This document shows positions 10,018-18,700 of a stretch of 42,513 nucleotides of DNA, piece after piece. Each line of letters begins with the position of its first letter. Within the stretch, counting starts at the first letter, position 1. This DNA is from Pirellulales bacterium (GTDB lineage: Bacteria; Planctomycetota; Planctomycetia; Pirellulales; UBA1268): positions 1 to 42,513 of the forward strand of contig JBIJCJ010000003.1 of NCBI GenBank assembly GCA_044344765.1, in the 5' to 3' direction. The position numbers were made by a program, and so were the translations under genes. The notes below the pieces were generated by a model. That model was given only the letters and a program-made list of their open reading frames with translations. It searched no databases and was not told the origin of the DNA.

Positions 10018-11148
10018 ATGTTCTACGCATCCGCCGTACCGATGGTTCCCCGCCGCTGGCCGTTCCTGTTGGCCCCGGCGTTGCTCGTGGCCGCCGGCTG
10101 CGGGGGCCATACGGTGGCCGACCTGCCCGGCGGATCGGCCGCCGGCCTGCCGCAGGCCCGGCTTTGCGACCGGATCGACGCGGCCCTGGCCCATGCCCGC
10201 ACGGCTCGCCTCCTCGACGCCGACGTCCAGGGAGCCTGGCAGGTGGTGCATGGAGTGTTGGCGTTCGGGAAGGAACTCCCCCTGGCCCACGACGGCAGGG
10301 TCTCCCCGGCCCTCGAGTACCTGCTGGGGGGCGGTCGGCTCACCGGCTGGCGGCTCCGGCCGGGAAAGCGGGGCGTGATCGCGGTCGTCGAGGAGGGGAG
10401 CACGATGGGCCAGGGGCACCCGGATCAGTGGCTCGGCTATCTGTCCCAGTGCGGCGTCGATGCCGACGGTCCCGGCGGACTGCCGCTCGACACGCCACTC
10501 TCCGTCGCCGGCCGTTCCTTCACGCTCGGCGACCTGCTCGCCCAGGCGCAGCACGACATCCGGCCCGGCCAAGAGGCCACGTGGACGCTGATGGCTCTCG
10601 CCGCCTACGTCCCCACCGACACTGCATGGATCGCCGGCGACGGTTCGCGGTGGGACGTCGAACGGGTCGTGCGGATGGAGGCGGAGGCCGACATCTTCAG
10701 CGCGGCCTGCGGCGGGGCCCATCGCCTCTACGGTCTGGCGGTGGCCATCGCCGCGCGACGCCAATCCGGCCTTCCCATCGCGCCCGACAGCGGCTGGGCG
10801 GAGGCCGAGGCGGTGCTCGAGGACGCGACCGAGCGGGCCCGCATTTTCCAGCAGGCCGATGGCAGCTTCTCCATCCATTCATTCGAAAGACCGGGGACGT
10901 CGCCCGACGTGTTCGCACGCCTCGGAGCCACGGGCCACGTCTTCGAGGTGCTGGCCTTGGCTCTCGCCGACGACCGCCTGCAGGAGCCCTGGGTGAGGAG
11001 GGCCGCCGACCGGCTCGTGACACTCCTCGAACAAACCGCCGACCTCGACGTCGAGTGCGGCGGCCTGTATCACGCCGCGCACGGGCTCGCCCTCTACCGG
11101 CGGAGAATCTGCCCGCACGACACTTCTCCCGCAGCTTCCAGCCGGTAG
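10018..11148 (+). CDS. Conserved planctomycete hypothetical lipoprotein
   Basis: Lipobox-like LLVAAGC; conserved-looking blocks WQVVHGVLAFG, GQGHPDQWLGYL, ACGGAHRL, YHAAHGL. Start is 10018 or 10042; the 9694 start overlaps the peptidase gene. Confidence 0.75.
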   Translation: MFYASAVPMVPRRWPFLLAPALLVAAGCGGHTVADLPGGSAAGLPQARLCDRIDAALAHARTARLLDADVQGAWQVVHGVLAFGKELPLAHDGRVSPALEYLLGGGRLTGWRLRPGKRGVIAVVEEGSTMGQGHPDQWLGYLSQCGVDADGPGGLPLDTPLSVAGRSFTLGDLLAQAQHDIRPGQEATWTLMALAAYVPTDTAWIAGDGSRWDVERVVRMEAEADIFSAACGGAHRLYGLAVAIAARRQSGLPIAPDSGWAEAEAVLEDATERARIFQQADGSFSIHSFERPGTSPDVFARLGATGHVFEVLALALADDRLQEPWVRRAADRLVTLLEQTADLDVECGGLYHAAHGLALYRRRICPHDTSPAASSR

Positions 11149-11169
11149 CCTGACGCCCGGGGATCCGGA

Positions 11170-12507
11170 TCAGCCAGCCTGCATGGCCGCGGTCAGCGAC
11201 CGCACGGCGTCGACGAGCACCGGCATCTCGCCGTGCCAGTTGATGGCGACGCTCTCCTGCGTCCGCATGTTCTTGAACTGGGCCGTGCCGGCGATGAACT
11301 CGTCGCCGCCCAGGATGAGCGCCGCGGGAAACCCGCGTTTGGCCGCGAGCTTCAGCTGCTGGCCGACCCGCTTGGCCTCGGGGAAGAACTCGACGGCCAT
11401 GCCTCCGGCCCGCAGGGCCGACGCGATCCGCAGGTAGTCGTCGCGGCGCTCGGCGTCGAAGTGCACCAGAAACACCTGGGCCGGCGTCTCCACGGCCTCC
11501 AGCCGCCCCAGCTCCTCGAGGCCGGCCAGGAGCCGATCGATTCCCAGCGACGCCCCGACGCCGGGCAACGGCTGTTTCGTGTAGAGCCCCGCCAGGTTGT
11601 CGTACCTCCCGCCCGAGCAGATGCTTCCCAGGGCGGGCAGGTCGTCGAGAAAGCTCTCCAGCACGATGCCGGTGTAGTAGTCGAGGCCGCGGGCGATCGA
11701 CGGATCGACGACGATCCGGCCGTCGGCCACGCCTGCCGCCGCCGCGCCGGCCACGATGTCGCGCAGCGCCTGCACGCCCTGGAGGCCGGCCTCGACCTGG
11801 CCGACGAGCCCCGCCAGCCGGGCCAACACGTCCTCCACCGGACCCGCGAGCCCGGCCATCTCGAGGAGCGATTCCACGGCCGCCGCGCCGACGCCGTGGG
11901 CGGCGAGCTCCGCGGCCACCGCCTGCGGGGTCGCCTTGCCGAGTTTGTCGAGGCTCCGCAGCACCGCCGCGCTTTGGTCCGCGAGGCCGAGCCGCGTCAG
12001 CACCCCGGCCAGCACCCGCCGATCGTTGAGCCGGATCGTGAAGCCGCCCACCCCGATCGCCGCCAGCAGGTCGTGCACGACGAGCACCATCTCGAGGTCG
12101 GCCACCGGGCTCGTCGTGCCGATGGTGTCGAAGTCGCACTGCATGAACTCGCGATACCGCCCGCGCTGGGTGTTCTCCCCGCGCCACACGGTCGCCATGT
12201 GATAGCGTTTGAAGGGCAGGCCCAGTTCGTGCACGTGCTGGGCCGCGAACCGGGCGAAGGGCACCGTGAGGTCGAACCGCATGCCCACCTCCCGACCGCC
12301 GTGGTCGGTGAAGCGGTACATCTGCTTGTCGGTCTCCTCGCTCCCCTTGCCGGTGAGAATCTCGAGATACTCGAGCGCCGGCGTGTCGATCGGCGCGAAG
12401 CCGTAGGACCGGTAGACTCGCCGCGCCACGTCGAGGATCCGCTCGCGGGCCAGGGCCTGCGCCGGCAGGTGGTCACGGAAGCCCTTGAGGGTGCGCGGTT
12501 CGATCAC
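11170..12507 (-). CDS. hisS: Histidine--tRNA ligase
   Basis: GTG start; IEPRTLKGFRD, RFDLTVPFAR, GRYREFMQCDFD, RGLDYYTG, GGRYDNL; C-terminal anticodon-binding domain. Only the C-terminal 445 aa of the listed 1724-aa ORF are real. Confidence 0.97.
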   Translation of the reverse strand: MIEPRTLKGFRDHLPAQALARERILDVARRVYRSYGFAPIDTPALEYLEILTGKGSEETDKQMYRFTDHGGREVGMRFDLTVPFARFAAQHVHELGLPFKRYHMATVWRGENTQRGRYREFMQCDFDTIGTTSPVADLEMVLVVHDLLAAIGVGGFTIRLNDRRVLAGVLTRLGLADQSAAVLRSLDKLGKATPQAVAAELAAHGVGAAAVESLLEMAGLAGPVEDVLARLAGLVGQVEAGLQGVQALRDIVAGAAAAGVADGRIVVDPSIARGLDYYTGIVLESFLDDLPALGSICSGGRYDNLAGLYTKQPLPGVGASLGIDRLLAGLEELGRLEAVETPAQVFLVHFDAERRDDYLRIASALRAGGMAVEFFPEAKRVGQQLKLAAKRGFPAALILGGDEFIAGTAQFKNMRTQESVAINWHGEMPVLVDAVRSLTAAMQAG

Positions 12508-12520
12508 GAGGCGATTCCCT

Positions 12521-13015
12521 TCAGATGATCTGCAGCAGCGGGGGCTTCGGGCTCCGGATCGACCGGCGGCGATTCTTCTTCTTGCGGCCGTCGCCCACGT
12601 ACTCGCCGCCCGGGCCGAGCACCGCGTCCATATATTCCTCGACCTGCTCCGGGGTCTCGAAGTACTGGTCGTAGACCCAGTCGTCCTCGTACTCGCACTC
12701 CTTCGTCGTGTATTCGCGGCAGATCTGCGGGCGGGTGTCGTAGATGCCGCACCGGTGGTCGGCGCCGAGGTGCTTGCAGACCGTGTGGACGCAGACGTAC
12801 CACTCGCCTTCCTCCGTGAACACGGTCGCCTGGTCGTGGAGCAGGAACCAGCGGATGTACTCGAACTCCTCGCGGGTGGTGGGCGTTTCCAGGGGCAGCG
12901 CGAAGTAGCGACAGCACTTGGCGGTGCAGAACTCGCAGAGCACCTTGTCCGCGGGCACGTCGCCCCGCTTGGGCTTCGCGGCGAGCACGGGCAACGGCAG
13001 GTCGGCGATCGGCAT
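12521..13015 (-). CDS. YkgJ-family cysteine-cluster (CxxCxxCC) protein
   Basis: CEFCTAKCC and CKHL..CGIYDTRPQICREY motifs; ends 13 bp before the hisS start. Confidence 0.9.
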   Translation of the reverse strand: MPIADLPLPVLAAKPKRGDVPADKVLCEFCTAKCCRYFALPLETPTTREEFEYIRWFLLHDQATVFTEEGEWYVCVHTVCKHLGADHRCGIYDTRPQICREYTTKECEYEDDWVYDQYFETPEQVEEYMDAVLGPGGEYVGDGRKKKNRRRSIRSPKPPLLQII

Positions 13016-13122
13016 GGCGGATTTCCTCCAACGACGGGCCGACAATATAGCGTGTTTGGGGTGCGTTTTCGGGTCGATATACTGCCGCCGGGTCGCCGTC
13101 GTCCGAGGAAGGGAATCCCGCC

Positions 13123-14922
13123 GTGCCGAAACGCTGGCATATCCGCCCCCACGACCGCGCGGCGGTGACAAAACTGGAGCGTGCCGCGGGGGTGCCGAGC
13201 ATCGTGGCGGCCCTGTTGGCCGCCCGGGGGATCACGGCCGCGGAGCAGGTGCGCTCGTTCCTCGCCGGCACGATGGCCGACCTCCGTGATCCGGAAACGC
13301 TGCCCGGTGTGTCGGCGGCTGCCGATCGCATCCTGGCCGCCGTGCGGGCCGGCCGCCGGATCGTGGTCTATGGTGACTACGACGCCGACGGGATGTGTGC
13401 CACCGCGATCCTGATGGGCTGCCTGGAGGCGCTCGACGCCCAGGCCTCGTGGTATGTGCCCGACCGGCTGGAGGAGGGCTACGGCCTCAATGGCGGCGCC
13501 CTGGAGTCGCTCGCCGCGGGGGGCGCCGGCCTGGTCGTCACGGTCGATTGTGGGATCGCCAGCGTCGCCGAGGCCCGTCGGGCCCGCGAACTCGGCCTCG
13601 AACTGATCATCACCGACCACCACTCGTTCGGCGACGCCCTGCCCGAGGCCGACGTGCTGGTCCATCCGCGCCTTCCCGGGGCCGACTATCCCTTCGGCGA
13701 GCTCTGCGGAGCGGGCGTGGCCTTCAAGCTGGCCTGGGCCATCGCCACGCGGGCCAGCGGCGCGAAGCAGGTCACGCCGCGGCTCCGGGAGATGCTCCTC
13801 CGCGGTATCGGCCTGGCGGCCCTCGGAACGGTGGCCGACGTCGTGCCCCTGCTCGACGAGAACCGGATCTACGTCAAGCACGGGCTCGAGTGCCTGCGGC
13901 AGCGGGGCGGCCCCGGCCTGGCCCGACTCATCGAACTCGCGGGCCTGCATGAGAAGTCTGCCCTCGACGCCGAAGACGTCGCCTTCCGGCTCGCGCCTCG
14001 CCTCAACGCGGCGGGCCGCCTCGGCCAGGCCGCGTGCGGCATCGAACTGCTCACCACCGCCGACGCCGCCCGGGCCGCCAGCCTGGCCAACTACCTCCAC
14101 GAGCTCAACGCCCAGCGTGAGACCGAGGAGCGCAGCATCCAGCTGGCGGCCACCAAGCAGGCCCGCGAACAGTTCGATCCGGAGGCCGACGCGGCGCTCG
14201 TGCTCGCCGACCGCGGCTGGCATGCCGGCGTGATCGGAATCGTCGCGGGCCGGCTCGCAGAGCGGTTTCACCGCCCGGTGGTGATGATCGCCCAGGATGC
14301 CCATCAGGGGCGGCCGGCGATCGGGAGCGTGCGGAGCGTGCCGGGCTTCGACGTGCACGAGGCGCTCGTCGCCTGCCGCGAGCATCTGGTCACGTGCGGC
14401 GGTCATGCCGCGGCGGCGGGGCTGCGAATCGAGGATGACCGCATCGACGAGTTCCGTGCGGCCTTCCGCGCCGCGGTCGACCAACGCCTGCCGGTGGAGC
14501 TGCGGCGTGCCCAGGTGACGATCGACGGTGAGACGACCCTCGGCGGCCTCACGCTCCACGCCGTGGAGCAGTTGGAGAAGCTCGCGCCCTTCGGGCAGGC
14601 CAACCGCCGGCCGGTGCTGTGCGCCTCGGCGGTCACGCTCGCCGAGCCGCCGCGGGTGATCGGCGCCGGCGGCAAACACCTGGCGATGCAGTTTCGGCAG
14701 CACGGCGCGAAAGTCCGGGGAGTCGCCTTCGGCGCCGCGGAATGGCTGCCGCATCTTCCGGCGCCGGGCCAGCCCTTCCATGTCGCCTTCAAGCCCAAGA
14801 TCAACGAGTTTCGCGGCCGACGCACGGCGGAGATGGAGGTCATCGACTGGCGGCCCGACGGCATCGACGTCGGCGTCGATCTGCCTGAGCCCGCCGCGGC
14901 CGCCTGCCAGCCCACGGCTTAG
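13123..14922 (+). CDS. recJ: Single-stranded-DNA-specific exonuclease RecJ
   Basis: YGDYDADG, TVDCG, TDHH, LGTVADVV, PRLNAAGR, GGHAAAAG, LAPFGQAN. Confidence 0.97.
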   Translation: MPKRWHIRPHDRAAVTKLERAAGVPSIVAALLAARGITAAEQVRSFLAGTMADLRDPETLPGVSAAADRILAAVRAGRRIVVYGDYDADGMCATAILMGCLEALDAQASWYVPDRLEEGYGLNGGALESLAAGGAGLVVTVDCGIASVAEARRARELGLELIITDHHSFGDALPEADVLVHPRLPGADYPFGELCGAGVAFKLAWAIATRASGAKQVTPRLREMLLRGIGLAALGTVADVVPLLDENRIYVKHGLECLRQRGGPGLARLIELAGLHEKSALDAEDVAFRLAPRLNAAGRLGQAACGIELLTTADAARAASLANYLHELNAQRETEERSIQLAATKQAREQFDPEADAALVLADRGWHAGVIGIVAGRLAERFHRPVVMIAQDAHQGRPAIGSVRSVPGFDVHEALVACREHLVTCGGHAAAAGLRIEDDRIDEFRAAFRAAVDQRLPVELRRAQVTIDGETTLGGLTLHAVEQLEKLAPFGQANRRPVLCASAVTLAEPPRVIGAGGKHLAMQFRQHGAKVRGVAFGAAEWLPHLPAPGQPFHVAFKPKINEFRGRRTAEMEVIDWRPDGIDVGVDLPEPAAAACQPTA

Positions 14923-14940
14923 ACAATCGGAGCCCTCGTC

Positions 14941-16338
14941 ATGCGATCCCTGCTTCTCGCCCTGCCTTGCGTGGTGTGGTCCATGCTCCTCGCGTCGGTC
15001 TCTCCCGCCGACGACTGGCCGCAGTGGATGGGGCCGCGTCGTGACGCGATCTGGCGCGAAGCCGGCGTGGCGGGTGCCATTCCCGCCGCCGGCCTGCCCG
15101 TGAAGTGGCGGGTGGCGGTGCAGGGGGGCTATGCCGGTCCGGCCGTCGCGGACGGCCGCGTCTATGTCATGGACTACGAGCGCCGCGCGGGAGAGCTCGC
15201 AAACGCCCCCAACGATCGCACGCGGCTCGCGGGCAACGAGCGGATCCTGTGTCTCGACGCCACCGACGGCAGGCTGCTCTGGAAACACGAGTACGACTGT
15301 CGCTACTCGATCTCCTACGCGGCTGGGCCGCGGTGCACGCCGACGGTGGCCGACGGCAAGGTGTATGCGCTCGGCGCCGAGGGCCACCTCACCTGCCTCG
15401 ACGCCGCCTCGGGCCGCGTGCTGTGGACGAAAGACTTTCAGCGAGACTACTCCGCTCCGGTCCCGATCTGGGGCTTCTGCGGCCATCCGCTCGTGGAGGG
15501 CGATCTGCTCGTGTGCCTCGTCGGCGGTCCCGGCAGCGTGGCCGTGGCCTTCGACAAGGCCACCGGCGCCGAGCGCTGGCGGGCCCTGACCGCCAGCGAA
15601 AGCGGCTACTGTCCGCCGACGATGATCGAGGCGGCGGGCGGTAGGCAGCTCGTGATCTGGGATGCCGACAACCTGAGCGCCCTCGACGTGGCCACGGGCA
15701 AGGTGCTCTGGTCGCGACCCCTGAAGCCGATGTACGGCATGTCGATCATGGCCCCGCAGGTCGCCGACACGCAGCACGGCCGCGTGCTGTTTGCCAGCGG
15801 CATCGGCCGCGTGGCCGCGCTGTTTCGTCTCGCCGCCGGCGCCCCCGGCGCGGAAGTGGTCTGGCGGGGCGCGCCGAAGTCGGCCGTCTACTGCGCCAAC
15901 AGCACGCCCTTCATCGCGGGCGAGGTGCTCTACGGCTGCGACTGCGAAACCGGCATGCTCACCGCGGTGGATCTCGCCGACGGCCGGCGGCTCTGGGAGA
16001 CGGCCGCTCCCACGACCGGCGACCGCCGTGGCAAGCACGGCACGGCGTTCCTCGTGCGTCAGGCCGCGGCCGTCGCCGGCGATCCGCCGGCTACGACCCG
16101 CACGTGGCTGTTCAGTGAAACGGGCGACCTGGTCCTCGCTCGACTGTCGCCGGAAAAGTACGAGGAACTGGGCCGCATGCATCTTCTCGCCCCGACGAAC
16201 GAGTGCTTCGGCCGGGAGGTCGTGTGGAGCCACCCGGCGTTCGCCGACCGCTGCATCTTCGCCCGCAACGACCGGGAACTCGTGTGCGTGGACGCGGCCG
16301 AGCGACCGGCCGGCCCGGGCGCGAGTGGCGGCCGGTGA
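14941..16338 (+). CDS. Secreted PQQ-like beta-propeller repeat protein (planctomycete type)
   Basis: Signal peptide, DDWPQWMGPRRD, repeated CLDA.TG..LW blades, C-terminal WSHPAFA..IFARND. Confidence 0.9.
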   Translation: MRSLLLALPCVVWSMLLASVSPADDWPQWMGPRRDAIWREAGVAGAIPAAGLPVKWRVAVQGGYAGPAVADGRVYVMDYERRAGELANAPNDRTRLAGNERILCLDATDGRLLWKHEYDCRYSISYAAGPRCTPTVADGKVYALGAEGHLTCLDAASGRVLWTKDFQRDYSAPVPIWGFCGHPLVEGDLLVCLVGGPGSVAVAFDKATGAERWRALTASESGYCPPTMIEAAGGRQLVIWDADNLSALDVATGKVLWSRPLKPMYGMSIMAPQVADTQHGRVLFASGIGRVAALFRLAAGAPGAEVVWRGAPKSAVYCANSTPFIAGEVLYGCDCETGMLTAVDLADGRRLWETAAPTTGDRRGKHGTAFLVRQAAAVAGDPPATTRTWLFSETGDLVLARLSPEKYEELGRMHLLAPTNECFGREVVWSHPAFADRCIFARNDRELVCVDAAERPAGPGASGGR

Positions 16339-16377
16339 AGCCATTTTCTCCGGCGGGCCCGGGGCGGCGTGGCGACG

Positions 16378-16406
16378 TTGTTTCCGGCGGCGAAAGCGTG
16401 TAGGCT
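16378..16406 (+). promoter_or_regulatory. Possible sigma70-type promoter of tRNA-Pro
   Basis: TTGTTT-N17-TAGGCT ending 40 bp upstream of the tRNA. Confidence 0.45.
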
Positions 16407-16446
16407 TCCTCTATCTCTCCCGCGTGCGGCGGTCTGTCGCACCGCT

Positions 16447-16521
16447 CGGGGCGTAGCTCAGCCTGGCTAGAGCGCTACGTTCGGGACGTAGAGGTCGCTG
16501 GTTCGAATCCAGTCGCCCCGA
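16447..16521 (+). tRNA. tRNA-Pro (anticodon CGG)
   Basis: Acceptor stem CGGGGCG/CGCCCCG, D arm GCTC/GAGC, anticodon arm CTACG-TTCGGGA-CGTAG, T loop TTCGAAT; CCA not encoded. Confidence 0.97.
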
Positions 16522-16542
16522 CATCACTTACCGTACGAAACT

Positions 16543-16563
16543 GCACCATCCCGGAGATGGTGC
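16543..16563 (+). terminator. Hairpin downstream of tRNA-Pro (possible terminator)
   Basis: GCACCATC-CCGGA-GATGGTGC, perfect 8-bp stem; U-tract is weak. Confidence 0.4.
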
Positions 16564-16749
16564 TCATCCGTGCGGCCGTCACCGGTGCCATCGCCTCCTT
16601 GGGCGCCGGATTCGACCGACGGGCCCCGGCAACACGCCGGGGCGCCCTGAGAGTCATGCTCCCCGCCCGTCACCGTGGCGGCTCCCGTGGCGACGACATC
16701 CAGCCGGCGAAGCGGCTGGGCGGCCAGCCTGTTGACGGCGGTCGAAAAC

Positions 16750-16966
16750 GGCCTCCTCAGCAGAATCTGTGGGTGAATTCCGTTTCCGGTAGTTCGCCGA
16801 GGACGTGAAACAACGCGACTTTGATGCACCTTGCCGTCCGAAAGCCGAACGCTTTTCTGGTGGTTGGTTTCACGACGCCGTTCAAAACCTCGACAGCGCC
16901 CGAAGAGATGCAGCCTTTGGCCCGGAACCAGTTGAGGATCAGGTGTCGATGACGCCGCAGGCTCTT
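16750..16966 (-). mobile_element. ISL3-family transposase 3' fragment with probable element end
   Basis: KSLRRHRHLILNWFRAKGCISSGAVE..TTRKAFGFRT..ALFHVLGELPETEFTHRFC*, typical ISL3 C-terminus, followed by a GGAGGCC end. Confidence 0.85.
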
Positions 16967-17155
16967 GAGAGCGTGGTCAGGATCCGGAGGTTTCCATCCC
17001 AACTATCTGAGGCAGCCATCGCCTTCGCCACGGCGTCAGAGACTGCGTTCGGGTCGTTGTGGCTCAGCCATCCGCCCGCCCGCTGCGCCGGCACTTGGGC
17101 CGTCTCGTCAGAGAGCGTGGTCAGCCCATCGAGGTGCAGCGAGCCCTCATGCAGC
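16967..17155 (-). pseudogene. Degenerate fragment of a planctomycete LRR-like repeat protein
   Basis: HEGSLHLDGLTTLSDETAQ..GWLSHND..VSDAVAKAMA..WDGNLRILTTLS; the 14-nt GAGAGCGTGGTCAG recurs at 16967 and 17111, 144 nt (two 24-aa repeats) apart. Confidence 0.6.
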
Positions 17156-17159
17156 GACG

Positions 17160-17258
17160 GACGGAGAGCCGCTCCAGCGCGAAGGCCGGACGGGCACAGT
17201 ATCGCAGCAGGTGCTCGAGGCCCGCGGCATCGTGTGAGGCCGACACCTGCCGGCGTCG
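17160..17258 (-). mobile_element. IS91-family (rolling-circle) transposase fragment, C-terminal catalytic-Tyr region
   Basis: Minus strand reads ASHDAAGLEHLLRYCARPAFALERLSV, matching the IS91-type HDRxGLExLLRYCARPPFALERL block; not in the ORF track. Confidence 0.85.
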
Positions 17259-17260
17259 CG

Positions 17261-18475
17261 TCAGGCGACGCGGAGTGTGGCCGAACCGGAGCCGCCCACG
17301 GTGAGAAGCCGCTGGCCACGGTCGGCCATCACCTCGCCATAGACGGCGACGATTGACGCGAAGGGGGTGTCGCTGCCGAGCTCGATGGCCCGGCGGCGGG
17401 CGGCGCGGCCCAGCGAGGCCCGCAGCCAGCGGTCGGTGGCCAGCCGACGAAGCGTTGCAGTCAGAGCGGCCACGTCGGCGGCGTCGTCGAGGACGATGGC
17501 GTCGGTTTCCGACGTGAGCAGTTCGCTCGCCCCATTGGCGCGGGTGGTGACGACCGGCAGGCCGCTAGCGAGCGATTCGAGCGTCGTGAGGCTGCAGGCG
17601 TCGTAAAACGTCGGCTGCACGGCGATGTCGGCCGCCGCATAGTGGGCCGCCATGTCGGTGACAAAGCCGGCCTCGAACACGGCGTCGCCAGGCGCCGAGG
17701 GGCGGGCAGGCCGGCCGCCGCAGAGCAGGAGCTTGAGTGGCAGACCCTCGCGCCGCAACTGGAGTACGGCTCGCGTGAGCGCCGGGATGCCCTTGAGACG
17801 GCGATTGTGAGCCACGCCAGTGACCACGACATCGTCGGGAGAGAAGCCGCACCGCCGGCGGATCGCGGCGCCGGCGTCGCGGTGGGCGGCCGGGTCGAAC
17901 TCCGCTGCATCGACGCCGTTGGGCACGATTCGAATTCGGGCTGGCGACACGCCGTGGAGGGTCGTGAGATCGGCTGCACCGCGCCGAGAGAGGGCGATGA
18001 AGAGCGAGTTTCGGGCCCCGAACTGCTCGGCTGCACGGTTCCGTAGCCGGCGCTGACGGATCGCCCCGTGCACGAGCCGACGAAGCGGGCGATACCAGGC
18101 CGCATGGGACGCTTCGGCCGCCCGCTGGCAGGCCAAAGGCGAACCGACATGGGAATGAAAGATGTCGCAGCCGACCGCCACACCCATGTCGTGGGTGACG
18201 TCGGCCTCGATCGCCGCCGCACAGGCCAGAGCATCGCGGGTGAACGCGGGCTGCCGTGGGTGGGCGGCAATCTCGTGAAACGCGAGTGGCAGCCGCTGCT
18301 CGGCCGTGCCGATCGCCCGGGCGATCACGTGCACGTGGCAGCCGCGGGCCACGAGCCAGGCGGCCAAGTCGCGGGCATATATCTCCGCCCCGCCGCAGCC
18401 GTCGAAGCGATCGGCGACCAGGGCAATCCGTGGCGGGCGGCGCAGGCCGGTGGCATCGCGAAGCAAAGGTTGCAT
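17261..18475 (-). CDS. Glycosyltransferase family 4 (WaaG/RfaG-like)
   Basis: GGAEIY, IVPNGVD, LKG, PTFYDACSLTTLESLASGLPVVTT. Confidence 0.92.
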   Translation of the reverse strand: MQPLLRDATGLRRPPRIALVADRFDGCGGAEIYARDLAAWLVARGCHVHVIARAIGTAEQRLPLAFHEIAAHPRQPAFTRDALACAAAIEADVTHDMGVAVGCDIFHSHVGSPLACQRAAEASHAAWYRPLRRLVHGAIRQRRLRNRAAEQFGARNSLFIALSRRGAADLTTLHGVSPARIRIVPNGVDAAEFDPAAHRDAGAAIRRRCGFSPDDVVVTGVAHNRRLKGIPALTRAVLQLRREGLPLKLLLCGGRPARPSAPGDAVFEAGFVTDMAAHYAAADIAVQPTFYDACSLTTLESLASGLPVVTTRANGASELLTSETDAIVLDDAADVAALTATLRRLATDRWLRASLGRAARRRAIELGSDTPFASIVAVYGEVMADRGQRLLTVGGSGSATLRVA

Positions 18476-18700
18476 GAGGACGGTTTCGGCGGCGCCTGTG
18501 GCTCGTCTTCAGGCTGTCCGTGACGTCGTGTCGAGACAACTGCTGGCCAAATTCCCAGGTTCACGAGTCACCCCATCCGACCGTGAGCCTGGGAAGGCTG
18601 CGGGTGTGGCGAAGACTCTCCATATGCGACTGGATCGCGGTGCCTCCGGGCACCGATTTTGAGGTGTTCCTCAACCGCTTCTTTCCGAGGTGCCTGATCC

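Noticed and set aside
11170-16344. 1724-aa minus-strand ORF suggesting a giant HisRS fusion
   Set aside because: Only 11170-12507 is hisS. The rest is antisense to recJ and the PQQ gene and out of frame with ykgJ: a GC-rich shadow ORF.
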